A model generated the notes under the pieces. That model was not told the origin of the DNA and ran no database searches. It saw nothing but the letters and a program-made list of their open reading frames with translations. This document shows, piece by piece, positions 45,708 through 56,031 of a stretch of 64,000 bases of DNA. Every line of letters starts with the position of its first letter. Positions within the stretch are counted from its first letter, which is position 1. The translations under genes and the position numbers were made by a program. The stretch lies in the sequence record MF498774.1. One strand, 5' to 3'.

Positions 45708-47845
45708 TATTCTACCCTTAGCCATCTATGGGCGGTGGTTGTAGGTTGGATCACAGAGAACGGGTTTACTGTTTCGTTTGGTCTGGTATAGACATAATCC
45801 TCTCTGTATTTCTTATAACCCGGACCACTCTCGTCTGGGTCGTATTGACACCCACCAACAAGAACATCACCATTCGGATCTGCAATAAGCGCCTTTTCCG
45901 TACTTTTTGTTCCGGGGGTATTGTCAACCGCAAGGGTTACGTCGTTTTCACCAAAAATACTACCAGCACTGTGTCTTGGTTGTCCGTTAATATCCAAATC
46001 TTGGTTATTCAGACCGTATATCGGATCGTTTGGATTCTGACTATTCCACCCAGCAACAACCTTACCCTCTGCCCAACGAACCCAAGTACCAATCCCCATA
46101 TAGGTTGCTGGGTTGTTCGGGTTATGTGCGTTTTCGTAGATAGTACCAACTGGATAAAACATATCAAACAGCATTGCAATAGAGTTTGCAGGAACGTTGA
46201 TCAAATCGTTAGGATCTGGTTGTACTGTCTTTGGGGTTGGATTGAAAGGATCAGAATATCTAATTTTCCCGGTCAAAGTAACAGGAACAGTATTGATATA
46301 CTTTTTGTCTGTCTCTTTGATAATATCGTCAAGTTCAAGCAACGAACCAATATCATTATTAAACCAACGAATCGTAATAACGTCTTCATGGTTGAACGGT
46401 TCGTTCACCACAATATCACGCATATAACCGTTCTCATCTTCGATAGGTCCAAAATCAACACCAGTAGGAACCCAAACACCACCATTAGCAATACAAGATT
46501 CTTGAGTTAAGCTATCCGCACCCTCACAAGTAAAAAACGGTATATCACCCTGTCCAGATTTAACCAATTGACGACCGTTGACAATCATCTCTAGAGTTTT
46601 TGGGTTAAAAGTCTCACTTGGTTGGAAGCCAAATTCGGAAAGGTTAAATCTAAATTTAGCAGACAGATCCCCAACAAACCGACGCCCTGTTTCAGAAACA
46701 TAATCTACAGGAACATATTGGTCGGAATAAACCCGAATAGTCGCAGTTTCGTAAGAACTTCTATATGTAGCCAAACCGTCTAAGAAAGTTTCGATAACAA
46801 CAACATCACCAGCTTCGCACGGCTTTTCTAGCTTAATGGTATATCCATCAAGGTCTGTTATTTTGCTAACACCAACATAATATGAAAATTTTGACGCGAT
46901 TTTCATTTGAGCTAGAATGTCAGGGGTTTCATTCACAGAAACATATTCGCTGGTCAGCTTATCGAATTTCATTAGGTATGTTTTATCGTTATAAACACAA
47001 ACCAAACGGTCTTCGTTAAGTGGTTTCTTATTAAGGTCAAATTTTATGTATGTCTTTTTATCAGACTCTTTGGAATAAAAGGATACTATAGTATTCCCTT
47101 CAACTGTTCCAAATCTAGTTCCCTTACCAACAATAGTACCCCACCTATCGCTATCGATTTGTACCGGGTTAATATCAATCTTGGCTGGGTCTGCAACAGT
47201 CTTTTGAACAATAGACCCATAGTTTGATTCGGGACCGTATTCCTGACCGTAATAAAGAATGTTACCGCGCTTATATACGTTAATCGAGTTTCTGTTATAA
47301 CCAGACGAGAATATATTTTGAAAATCGGTTTGACCTTCGGTGGCAATAAATTCTTTTTTGGCAACAGTTGCTATGTCGTTGGATCTAATTTCACCAACAT
47401 ATTTACTTGGTACATAATCCCAGTTACCGGGAGAGCAATATACAAGCTCAACGTCCATGAAATTGTTTTCTAATCTGTGTGTACCAGAAGACCCTTTGAT
47501 GGTATTAAATCCACCGGGAACAAGAATTACTGGGTTTCCACCCCAAGTTCCCATTACATCACGAACACGAATAACCTTACCATAATCGGCTGGTGTTCCA
47601 CTCGGAAGATTGACAGTAATACGACCGGTTGTTGTATTAATTACCCACGCCTGACCCATAATAGCCGATAGAGTTTTTGTGTGGTCGCTATATGGTTTCC
47701 ATGCACCAGCAGCATGAGGAATGTTACCATCCCCCAAGTTGTAGTAAAGTTCATTAAAGTTGTCGTTTGTCTTCTGACCACCTTTTCTAAGGTAATCACC
47801 GGTTCCGTCATCAACACGATTACCAATAATAATTTGCTGTTTCAT
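45707..47845 (-). CDS. gp10: Baseplate wedge gp10 (712 aa)
   Basis: MKQQIIIGNRVDDGTGDYLRKGGQKTNDNFNELY, FDMFYPVGTIYENAHNPNNP and IQPTTTAHRWLRV. Confidence 0.97.
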   Translation of the reverse strand: MKQQIIIGNRVDDGTGDYLRKGGQKTNDNFNELYYNLGDGNIPHAAGAWKPYSDHTKTLSAIMGQAWVINTTTGRITVNLPSGTPADYGKVIRVRDVMGTWGGNPVILVPGGFNTIKGSSGTHRLENNFMDVELVYCSPGNWDYVPSKYVGEIRSNDIATVAKKEFIATEGQTDFQNIFSSGYNRNSINVYKRGNILYYGQEYGPESNYGSIVQKTVADPAKIDINPVQIDSDRWGTIVGKGTRFGTVEGNTIVSFYSKESDKKTYIKFDLNKKPLNEDRLVCVYNDKTYLMKFDKLTSEYVSVNETPDILAQMKIASKFSYYVGVSKITDLDGYTIKLEKPCEAGDVVVIETFLDGLATYRSSYETATIRVYSDQYVPVDYVSETGRRFVGDLSAKFRFNLSEFGFQPSETFNPKTLEMIVNGRQLVKSGQGDIPFFTCEGADSLTQESCIANGGVWVPTGVDFGPIEDENGYMRDIVVNEPFNHEDVITIRWFNNDIGSLLELDDIIKETDKKYINTVPVTLTGKIRYSDPFNPTPKTVQPDPNDLINVPANSIAMLFDMFYPVGTIYENAHNPNNPATYMGIGTWVRWAEGKVVAGWNSQNPNDPIYGLNNQDLDINGQPRHSAGSIFGENDVTLAVDNTPGTKSTEKALIADPNGDVLVGGCQYDPDESGPGYKKYREDYVYTRPNETVNPFSVIQPTTTAHRWLRVE

Positions 47846-47847
47846 TT

Positions 47848-48774
47848 TTATGCCCCAATTGCATCGATAGATTTTATATATACGTCTATCGTTGACTGAC
47901 TAATGTTTTTTATGGTCAGTAAAACAGAATTACCTGTGATGCTATAAGAAGCTTCAAATAAAAGGTTTTCTTCCGCTTTATCTGGTGTTTTGGTTCGCAG
48001 TCTAGCGTATTCAGTAGAATAAACTTTTGTATCTGCGGTACTGGTATTATTTACCATCAGTAAAGTTTCGCATGATTCTTGAAGGGCACCAACGCCACGT
48101 TGAGTAACAAAGATCATGTGTTTAACCGCGTTGAATTGTGGCTTACTAAACAAAACCACGTTTCGGTCAGCACCAACCGCGATCCCAGTAATAGTGGCGC
48201 TATATGAAGTTGCAGAGTCACCATAAATCGATTCAAGCTTATAATTCCATTTCGAACCTGCTGGACTTGCTTCTGCTACCCATAGGGTTAATTTGAAATT
48301 GGAACGGTTTACAACCAATCTATTCCCACTAGCCCCGATGGTATCACCAGAACCACTAGTCCGAATAATCACTTCTTTACCAGCACCAAACCCCACAGAA
48401 CCGTCTGTATTGACGAATTCTACACATTCCCCACCATGACCACTACCTTGAGGGAGAGTTATAGTAAGGTCTCCTGTACCGTCTCTGATAACAGATAGGT
48501 CGTGCATAGAACCAAATTCTACTGGGTTGCCAGACGGCTGTTCTGCCCCTGCATAGTATGCCCGAGTGTGTTTTTGATAATATCCAGTACCATGGAGGGT
48601 CTGAACGCGATTACCAAAACCAGAAGTCTTACCAATTCTGTAGTCCCCGAACACGTTCCAAATACTGTTTATATCTTGGTTTAATTTTAAGCCGCCGTCA
48701 TGAAGGGTATCACCGGTTCCTTCTTGACCACGGACGCCAGTATCAACTAGCTCTTTAGGCTTTTGTACAGACAT
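47848..48774 (-). CDS. gp9: Baseplate long-tail-fibre connector gp9
   Basis: QKPKELVDTG..GTGDTLHDGGLKLN, IWNVFGD and HGTGYYQK; late promoter at 48811-17. Confidence 0.95.
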   Translation of the reverse strand: MSVQKPKELVDTGVRGQEGTGDTLHDGGLKLNQDINSIWNVFGDYRIGKTSGFGNRVQTLHGTGYYQKHTRAYYAGAEQPSGNPVEFGSMHDLSVIRDGTGDLTITLPQGSGHGGECVEFVNTDGSVGFGAGKEVIIRTSGSGDTIGASGNRLVVNRSNFKLTLWVAEASPAGSKWNYKLESIYGDSATSYSATITGIAVGADRNVVLFSKPQFNAVKHMIFVTQRGVGALQESCETLLMVNNTSTADTKVYSTEYARLRTKTPDKAEENLLFEASYSITGNSVLLTIKNISQSTIDVYIKSIDAIGA

Positions 48775-48827
48775 TATTTTATATCCTTTATTTTATAGGG
48801 TTCACCCTTGTATTTAGGAGAAAATAA

Positions 48828-48856
48828 AAAACCCGACCTAATGGTCGGGTTTTTTC
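48828..48856 (-). terminator. Terminator after gene 8
   Basis: AAAAACCCGACC-TAAT-GGTCGGGTTTTTT. Confidence 0.85.
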
Positions 48857-49838
48857 AGAAACTAAACACCACGTTAAATTCTTCCGTTTGATCTCTAGAA
48901 CGAATTACAGGTTGTCTATTATCCATATAGATAATATTCCCACTATGTCTTTCTAACTGAGATGGATCATAACTGAGTGCAGTTGCTTTTACATCCGGAT
49001 CTGCTGGTGTATTTTTAACCAAAAGTGGATTATTTATAATCCCCATCTGCCGAAAACCAGTGTTACCGATTTTACTTGATGCGGGGAAATTATAACTATC
49101 AAAATATGATCTAAACCTAAGTGTATTACATTTTATTCTACCAATAAGGTTATAATCATTTGGATACCAAGTTATAACGTGTTGGTATCCCCATACATCA
49201 GGAGATGTTTTTAGTTCATCTGGAGTTGGTACTACGATATATTCATTTGAACAATCGTTTATCGCAACGTCGGTTGGTATTGTGTATAGGTATTCCCATA
49301 TATAACCATCTTGCATGTTTACGCCATCAGAACGTCCTATCGGGAGTATGCTGAATATTGATGGAGTCCATTTACCACCAACTTTCAAACACTCTTCCTT
49401 GTCTTTAATGGTTTGAATTGAACACATACCATCTGATGGTACATCAACACAACGATATACCATCCACCCAGATCCAATTTCAGTTGTATTATACGGGGCT
49501 GAGTTGGTAACTACAATGTCACCGATATGGAAAGTGTATGGGTCTGCATATCTCTGGTCCCCCCAATCCTTACGGGGCACTACTGGACGAATAAGCTCTT
49601 TTTGGATCTTAACAGCTCCCAGCATTCTAGACCAAACATCAGAATACCCCTCTGACGTATCATCGGGATATGGTGGTGCAAATTTTGGGTCTGATTCATT
49701 ATCAGCCCATGCTTCACTTCTCCCGAAATATGCATAGAGGGTATTTTGTGTATTACCATCTCCGATAAGAGAATAAAAGTTTAAAAGGTTAGCGACCCGA
49801 AAGTCGCTAGTAACCATTGCTCTATAAATCACTGACAT
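48855..49838 (-). CDS. gp8: Baseplate wedge gp8
   Basis: SVIYRAMVTSDFR, FGRSEAW...FAPPYP.D, PRKDWGD and WEYLYTIP. Confidence 0.97.
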   Translation of the reverse strand: MSVIYRAMVTSDFRVANLLNFYSLIGDGNTQNTLYAYFGRSEAWADNESDPKFAPPYPDDTSEGYSDVWSRMLGAVKIQKELIRPVVPRKDWGDQRYADPYTFHIGDIVVTNSAPYNTTEIGSGWMVYRCVDVPSDGMCSIQTIKDKEECLKVGGKWTPSIFSILPIGRSDGVNMQDGYIWEYLYTIPTDVAINDCSNEYIVVPTPDELKTSPDVWGYQHVITWYPNDYNLIGRIKCNTLRFRSYFDSYNFPASSKIGNTGFRQMGIINNPLLVKNTPADPDVKATALSYDPSQLERHSGNIIYMDNRQPVIRSRDQTEEFNVVFSF

Positions 49839-52800
49839 TATTGTTCTACCTTAACTTGGGTAGGTGGTACTGGCACAAGGAGTTTACTTACATCACGAGG
49901 ATTGCCTATATCATCCTTAAGCCGTTTTTCTGACAACCGTTTAAGGTCAGAATACCTACTACTGAAATCGCTAAACAGGGGACTACCATCAAGCCTACGT
50001 GCCGATGGGGTATAAACAACACCGTCAACAGTCCAGTTCTGTTCATCTTGGTCATAATTCCTGACCTCAAATACATTACCGGTACTTGTATCAATTGCGT
50101 TATTCCACTCAGACACATCAAATGGCGTTTGTGGTTGTTCCACTTCCATTAATTCCCCAGTTATCGGGTCGAATAGAGGTACTGGATCTGTAAACGAACC
50201 ATTGGGGTCTGGTACTGTTCTATATTTAGGGGTTAGGCTAGGTAAACCAGAATCCCACCGATATGATTTATTTATATCGACGATAGTCTCTATGTGTTTC
50301 ATAGAAATACCCCCGTTAACCATAACAGTTAGTAGAGTAATACCAACAAATCCAAATCCAACTGGATGAACAAACCGAATAACATCATCCTTATACCGAG
50401 ATGTGTTCAATTCAGAACGAATTCTCATCATATAGTAAGATCTGTTTCTGTTTATATAATCTATGTCGGAATATGCTAGCTCTTTACCCTTAACTCCCCG
50501 AGTGACTTCACCAACAAAAGAACTAGATTCAGATTTTATTTCTTGCCCAACTTCCAACTTCCCAATAAGGTTATGAATCGTTATTTTCCATCTTAATTGA
50601 CCATCAACAAACTGACGTTCAATATAGGTAACGTTGGCTCGACCAGTTTTGGTAAATATCGTTCTTCCAACAAGATCAGTACTGATATTAGACGACTTAA
50701 CCAGTATATCATAATCTATCCCAACTTGAGATTCGATTTCAATATCTACATCGGCATCATATAGCAGTTTGAACAAGAACTTATAACTATCCAGAGTTCC
50801 CTTTGAGCTATAAAAGTTATTGGCGTTGGCTTCGAAGAATTTAACAACCTCATCTCTCTTGTTTTGGTCTAGATATATATTCCTTCTTCTCATCTCAGAC
50901 CACAAAAATACAAAAGAATCTTTCTCTCTCGGGTATTTTAGTTTGATGAAATTGAGAAGTTTACCATACATCGAATCAGTACCTTCTGATAGGAATTGAA
51001 GATAATATTCAGCAAACTTAGAGTAATTTGAGTCGTTGAAATAATGTTCAGGTCCCATAATTCTCAACATAGGTGCGATATTTGGATCAATTATACCTGT
51101 ATCATCCTTCTTCTCTTCAACAACTTCTCTTTCTTGGTTTATCAAAGAAGCTTGCAACGCGATATATTCTGGTCTCCAAAATACAGATGCTTCATCTCTA
51201 ACACGATAAGGGAACTCATAGTATCCAAATATCTCCCCACCAAGACCATTCTCTCTATTGTAGGCAGTGTGAATCAAAATACCGTTACAATACTTACTAA
51301 AGTTTTTGAAATTAATATTGTTCAGATAAAATTTTACAGAACCTTTATTCCAAACTTCTTTGTTATATTCCCGTGTAGGGTCTATGTTATATTGGTATTT
51401 GGTGGAAGGTGTTATAAGAACTATTCGGTTTTCATGGTTTTTCCAAACTCTCTCCCCAGTCATAGCCATATAATCAAACCCAGCCTCGTTATAATATCTA
51501 GCTGGTCTTAAGGAGAAAACATCACCATCTTCGGTTTCCCATTGATACATGAAAACTTTCTTTTCACTAAGATATCCAAAGTCCGAACTGTATTTTACCG
51601 CATAGGTCACATCATCCGGGTATTTATTAACGGTATCAAGATCTTCGATAGTATTGGTGTATTTATAAGTTGCACCGGATACAAATAATTTAGTACCATC
51701 AACACTCATATCGGAATATTTGTGTTCGATATTATACCGTTCATCCTCAGTATTTCCAAACACTCTTTCCCATGACCCACCATCCGGAACAGAAGGCTTT
51801 ACTATCTGCCCATCTTCTTGGTAAAGGTCAAAAATATTAGGATATGCAAAATCATCAACAAACCGACTATATTTCACCGGGTCTACTATCTTTTGTACTG
51901 GATCGGAATAGATATCAGCAATAAACTCAAACGAGTCATGGCTATCACTTGGTACAAAGTTGACTTTCATTTGCATCCCATGGGTTCTACCTTGGAATAC
52001 TCTAGATTCCCATCTAGTAGAAACTTTACCAACGTGTGTACCGTCAGGAAGGAAAGTTACCATCTCACGACCAACGTCAATACCATTTACGAAATTAATA
52101 TCTTCTGTTGGGTCGGAAAAGTTCATATCCCCCAACATGAAATCTTCTTTCTTGTATTTTTCGTTGAGGCGATATACACCAGAATATGTAGATTTCTTTA
52201 CGTTTTTAGGATCTCGTTTATCTTTCCCTGCATCTACTTCACCGGATACCAGCGCATAACAAACCTCGTTAAGTACATCCATTTTCTTAACTACTACGTT
52301 TGGATTATCACAGATCGTAAAGACTTCCGGGTCCCATATGATATTACCTTCATTATCGGTTGGACCACCAGATACTCGTATACGTCTAGTAACACCATTT
52401 GCAGCGGCATATAGCCACATATTAGAGGAAGTTTGAGCTTCTACTTTTCTTCTGATATCGTCTGGGTACTTGGCAAAAGTCCCAAAGAACATAGTAGGAA
52501 ATGGGATAGACGAATCAGTATCCATCTTAACAAATGTAAGCTGATCATCCGACCAAAAATGAAGGTCTGAGCTAAATCTTACTTCATCAACATTTCGTCC
52601 GTAAAAAGCAAAATCATAACCAAGAAGGAAAGATGTATTCCTGTTTTGGCTCATTACGGTATTACCGGTTGGATATCCAACGCGATCAGAAATAGCTTGG
52701 TAGTAATACCAGTTCTGCCCACCGTCGTTAGTTACCTTACAGTAGTTTTGATATTTTTCAAATGCGTATACAACACGACGGTTTGCGCCAAGGTAAACGC

Positions 52801-53341
52801 TATTAATATCCCGACAAATTTTTGATACAGAACCCAAAATCTCATGGTATTCATCGTCACTAGTAACAAAATTTTCTATATTCGTGACGTTTGAGATACT
52901 AGGATCGTATATAAAGTTTTCATTCATCAAACTAGCCTGAATCACATCACTATTGAGGTTGATATAATCCATCTTGTTTTTATGTAACTTCATATCAATA
53001 AACTTAAACGATGGAATGAATTTCTCCATGGTGGTTATTTGATATGCGTTTGTTGTGAATGATTCTATTACATCACTAACAACCCAATCAGACGGCTCCA
53101 AACCGGGATGAGTTGTAGATATTCTAAATTTATATTTTGTATCTGGAATGAGAGATGAACTAAAAAATTCGGGGGAATATTCCACCCCCAATTGTGTCCA
53201 ACTATCTACCCCAGTACCTGAAACGATGGTGTATTCGACAATATAAAAATAGTTCGAACCTACATCATCCCATTTTAGGTGAACGAAGTTCGCGCCGAGC
53301 ATGGCGACGCGAAGACTTGTTATTGTTGGAGCTTTTATCAT
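49838..53341 (-). CDS. gp7: Baseplate wedge initiator gp7 (1167 aa)
   Basis: KAPTITSLR, WDDVG.NYFY, WERVFGNTE, YSSKGT..SYKFLFKLLY and RFVHPVGFGF. Confidence 0.96.
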   Translation of the reverse strand: MIKAPTITSLRVAMLGANFVHLKWDDVGSNYFYIVEYTIVSGTGVDSWTQLGVEYSPEFFSSSLIPDTKYKFRISTTHPGLEPSDWVVSDVIESFTTNAYQITTMEKFIPSFKFIDMKLHKNKMDYINLNSDVIQASLMNENFIYDPSISNVTNIENFVTSDDEYHEILGSVSKICRDINSVYLGANRRVVYAFEKYQNYCKVTNDGGQNWYYYQAISDRVGYPTGNTVMSQNRNTSFLLGYDFAFYGRNVDEVRFSSDLHFWSDDQLTFVKMDTDSSIPFPTMFFGTFAKYPDDIRRKVEAQTSSNMWLYAAANGVTRRIRVSGGPTDNEGNIIWDPEVFTICDNPNVVVKKMDVLNEVCYALVSGEVDAGKDKRDPKNVKKSTYSGVYRLNEKYKKEDFMLGDMNFSDPTEDINFVNGIDVGREMVTFLPDGTHVGKVSTRWESRVFQGRTHGMQMKVNFVPSDSHDSFEFIADIYSDPVQKIVDPVKYSRFVDDFAYPNIFDLYQEDGQIVKPSVPDGGSWERVFGNTEDERYNIEHKYSDMSVDGTKLFVSGATYKYTNTIEDLDTVNKYPDDVTYAVKYSSDFGYLSEKKVFMYQWETEDGDVFSLRPARYYNEAGFDYMAMTGERVWKNHENRIVLITPSTKYQYNIDPTREYNKEVWNKGSVKFYLNNINFKNFSKYCNGILIHTAYNRENGLGGEIFGYYEFPYRVRDEASVFWRPEYIALQASLINQEREVVEEKKDDTGIIDPNIAPMLRIMGPEHYFNDSNYSKFAEYYLQFLSEGTDSMYGKLLNFIKLKYPREKDSFVFLWSEMRRRNIYLDQNKRDEVVKFFEANANNFYSSKGTLDSYKFLFKLLYDADVDIEIESQVGIDYDILVKSSNISTDLVGRTIFTKTGRANVTYIERQFVDGQLRWKITIHNLIGKLEVGQEIKSESSSFVGEVTRGVKGKELAYSDIDYINRNRSYYMMRIRSELNTSRYKDDVIRFVHPVGFGFVGITLLTVMVNGGISMKHIETIVDINKSYRWDSGLPSLTPKYRTVPDPNGSFTDPVPLFDPITGELMEVEQPQTPFDVSEWNNAIDTSTGNVFEVRNYDQDEQNWTVDGVVYTPSARRLDGSPLFSDFSSRYSDLKRLSEKRLKDDIGNPRDVSKLLVPVPPTQVKVEQ

Positions 53342-53343
53342 TT

Positions 53344-55299
53344 TTAAATTACCACCGAGTTCATTTCAATTGTTGTGTATTGAGGACGTAGGTTATTCTC
53401 AAAAACGATCAATGTACCATCTGACGGGAATATATTAAGTGAAGTTGGTTCACTATGTAATTCAATATATGCCGCAATAAACTGATCTGGATCTTTATTG
53501 AGAACGCCAAGGTCGAATGTGATTTGGTCTATTTCATAATTTATAGATCCAACTACATAGTATTTACTGCGCCCATCAATTTCTTTCCTATCAAAGTCGC
53601 TTCCGGTATATTCTTGAACACCAGATATATGACCAGCAGCAAAGGGTCCAACCAACATCAACCCAGTATTTTCGCTGTGTACCCCAGACGGATCAGGAAT
53701 ATCGTTCTTCTTAGTACCAACATAATGAACATCATAACTTGTTGTTGTGTTATGGATATATTTTATTTCGGTGCTATAGATAGAGCCTTCAACTAGGTCG
53801 TTATTGTACTGAATACCATTCATCGGACTAACTAGATAGTTGTCTATTTCTCGAACAAGTCCAATTTTTGTTTCAGTACCAAGAATAGACACATCAGTAT
53901 TATCAATACGACTGTTCATTTTGGATGTATAGAAACCAGCGTTGAAGATTTCAACCTCTTCCGTATAATAACGGTCTATGGAATTCAAGATCTGACCTTG
54001 TAACCATTCTTCTGTTTGTGGGAGTTGGTTTATTGCGTAGGTAACCTTGGCATTGGTTTTCACATACATATAATTTGGACTATGAACAACCGGAGTAATC
54101 GTACTAACGTTAAACGGTCTCAGATAGTTTTGGATGTCTTCTTTCTGCACAGTAGTCAGATATAAACCATCTTGAGGCTTTATCGCAATGAATGCATAAC
54201 CCGGCTTTTCTGGGTTGGTATAACACTGGATAGCCTGAACGATATTTCCAAATCGACTAGATATGAAAGTTTCGTAGTCGGAAGCAGTAACACAACGACG
54301 CTGTGTCTCTCTCATTACCGGACCTAGTGAACGAATACGTTCTATATCCTCAACTTCACCACCACCAATAGATCCGACATAATTCACATCGTTGATTCCG
54401 TCAGGATGAGTTGGGTTTTCTCTAATCTCTTCAACAACCAAGTTAGGAATTGTATCCACATAATCAAAACCACGAGAACCATTAGCGGCGGTTCCTTTGG
54501 TGCTTATATATTCCAAAACGATGGTATCCCCTACAGAAGGCTTTAAACCACCAACGTAGTTACTGCGGAGCATACCGTTAGTATCAACGGTAGAGTCGCC
54601 TTCCCCGAAATATATTTCAGTGAAACTATCAATTGTTTCTCGTTGATAAAAAACAGTCGAAGTACCACCAACACGAACAATCGGTTTATTAGACCAGTCT
54701 TCCCATTTAGCCCCGTTCACATAAACGTTAACATATCTACGGTCAATATTTGGATCCTGAATTACAATAGTTCCATCCTGTCCAAACGTCATTTGGTTTC
54801 TGATAATTCTACCTTGAACCAAGTTAAGATCGGTAATATATCGTTTATCTATACCACGTATTACCTCAACGTCTTCCCAAGTGACATAATCATAAAATTC
54901 AACTTCTTCAATAGAAGCAGTAAATTTAGTACCCTTCGGAATTGTAATAGAACGAGGACTACTATCAATCGGGCTATAATACGCTTGGATCTGTATCATA
55001 TTAGTACTAGCACTCATACCCCAAGGCATATATCCATTATCTTGTGCGTGTTGAACCACAGAAGAACGAAGGCGGGCAGTTTGGTTGTACCCTTCAAATA
55101 AAGCCCCGTTCGCAAATTGCTGATGATACAGCATAGCATAAGCCATAGATTCGATTAGAACAGTCAATCTTGACCCTTCAAAATCATAATCTTTAAATTC
55201 ATATTGGTTTTTAAAGAAATCCCGTAATCTGGTTTTGAAACCTTCAAAGGTACTCTCTTTGAATACGTTTGGGATTTCAACTGAGTTAATATTAGCCAT
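53344..55299 (-). CDS. gp6: Baseplate wedge gp6
   Basis: YDFEGSRL, RSSVVQHAQDNGY, RETQRRCVTASDYE and FENNLRPQY. Confidence 0.97.
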   Translation of the reverse strand: MANINSVEIPNVFKESTFEGFKTRLRDFFKNQYEFKDYDFEGSRLTVLIESMAYAMLYHQQFANGALFEGYNQTARLRSSVVQHAQDNGYMPWGMSASTNMIQIQAYYSPIDSSPRSITIPKGTKFTASIEEVEFYDYVTWEDVEVIRGIDKRYITDLNLVQGRIIRNQMTFGQDGTIVIQDPNIDRRYVNVYVNGAKWEDWSNKPIVRVGGTSTVFYQRETIDSFTEIYFGEGDSTVDTNGMLRSNYVGGLKPSVGDTIVLEYISTKGTAANGSRGFDYVDTIPNLVVEEIRENPTHPDGINDVNYVGSIGGGEVEDIERIRSLGPVMRETQRRCVTASDYETFISSRFGNIVQAIQCYTNPEKPGYAFIAIKPQDGLYLTTVQKEDIQNYLRPFNVSTITPVVHSPNYMYVKTNAKVTYAINQLPQTEEWLQGQILNSIDRYYTEEVEIFNAGFYTSKMNSRIDNTDVSILGTETKIGLVREIDNYLVSPMNGIQYNNDLVEGSIYSTEIKYIHNTTTSYDVHYVGTKKNDIPDPSGVHSENTGLMLVGPFAAGHISGVQEYTGSDFDRKEIDGRSKYYVVGSINYEIDQITFDLGVLNKDPDQFIAAYIELHSEPTSLNIFPSDGTLIVFENNLRPQYTTIEMNSVVI

Positions 55300-55732
55300 T
55301 TGATAGTTCCATTTTTAGTTCAACAACAGTTGATAAATTTGTGATAAGAGAATAATAAATAGAAACTATATATTCGTTTCTGTCGTATAAAGGAACGACT
55401 TGTACCTGCCTCAATTTTACACGAGGTTCATAGTTTCTTATTGCATCATATATACTTCGTTCAACCGCACTAGTTGACGCATCATTCATTAATTCAAATA
55501 GTTCTGCACTAATATCACAGCCGAAATCAGGATCAAACGGTTTTTCACGCTTCCTAGTTGCTATAATACCAGCCATTGACAATTGCACAGCACCGATGTT
55601 CTGTGTCATAAGAACATCGTTTGTCTTTATATCACGACGAAAATTAGGGTCTATATCTGTATAATAGACAGTTTTCTCGTTGGTGATAATTTTTAATCTG
55701 TTTCCAAAAAATCCAGCCATAATAAACCTCAA
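55292..55732 (-). CDS. gp25: Baseplate wedge / sheath-nucleating gp25
   Basis: YTDIDP, GIIATRKREKPFDPDFGCDI, and AIRNYEPRV. Confidence 0.95.
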   Translation of the reverse strand: MRFIMAGFFGNRLKIITNEKTVYYTDIDPNFRRDIKTNDVLMTQNIGAVQLSMAGIIATRKREKPFDPDFGCDISAELFELMNDASTSAVERSIYDAIRNYEPRVKLRQVQVVPLYDRNEYIVSIYYSLITNLSTVVELKMELSNG

Positions 55733-56031
55733 ACAACAAATACATTAGATGAACATTCCACAATAACTTCCCCTTCTGTACAAAGATCTGCTAATTGCGC
55801 AACCCGTTTCCCTTCGATGAATACTTTCGCGCTACTGGCGATAACAAGTCCAGACTTCGGACTTGGGTCATCACCGGGCTTTATGTGAGTAATCACCCTA
55901 TCATCTTCTCTAACTAGAATTTGTTTTCCGTTAGCAAAAACCGTAGTTGTGGTTCCAATAACCTGACTTGGTAACCAAGGCCCCGGCCCAACAGTTTTTG
56001 CACCATTTAATACTAAACCTGCCATTTTCAT
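55729..56031 (-). CDS. 5.4: PAAR-type spike tip gp5.4
   Basis: Aligns with T4 5.4 over its length (MAGL..., VFANG, KVFIEGKR..QLAD, SSNVF). Confidence 0.85.
   Translation of the reverse strand: MKMAGLVLNGAKTVGPGPWLPSQVIGTTTTVFANGKQILVREDDRVITHIKPGDDPSPKSGLVIASSAKVFIEGKRVAQLADLCTEGEVIVECSSNVFVV

Noticed and set aside
46860-52165. gp10 and gp7 insertions as inteins or group I introns
   Set aside because: No C/S...HN/HQ splice termini and no LAGLIDADG/HNH/GIY-YIG motifs; frames are uninterrupted.
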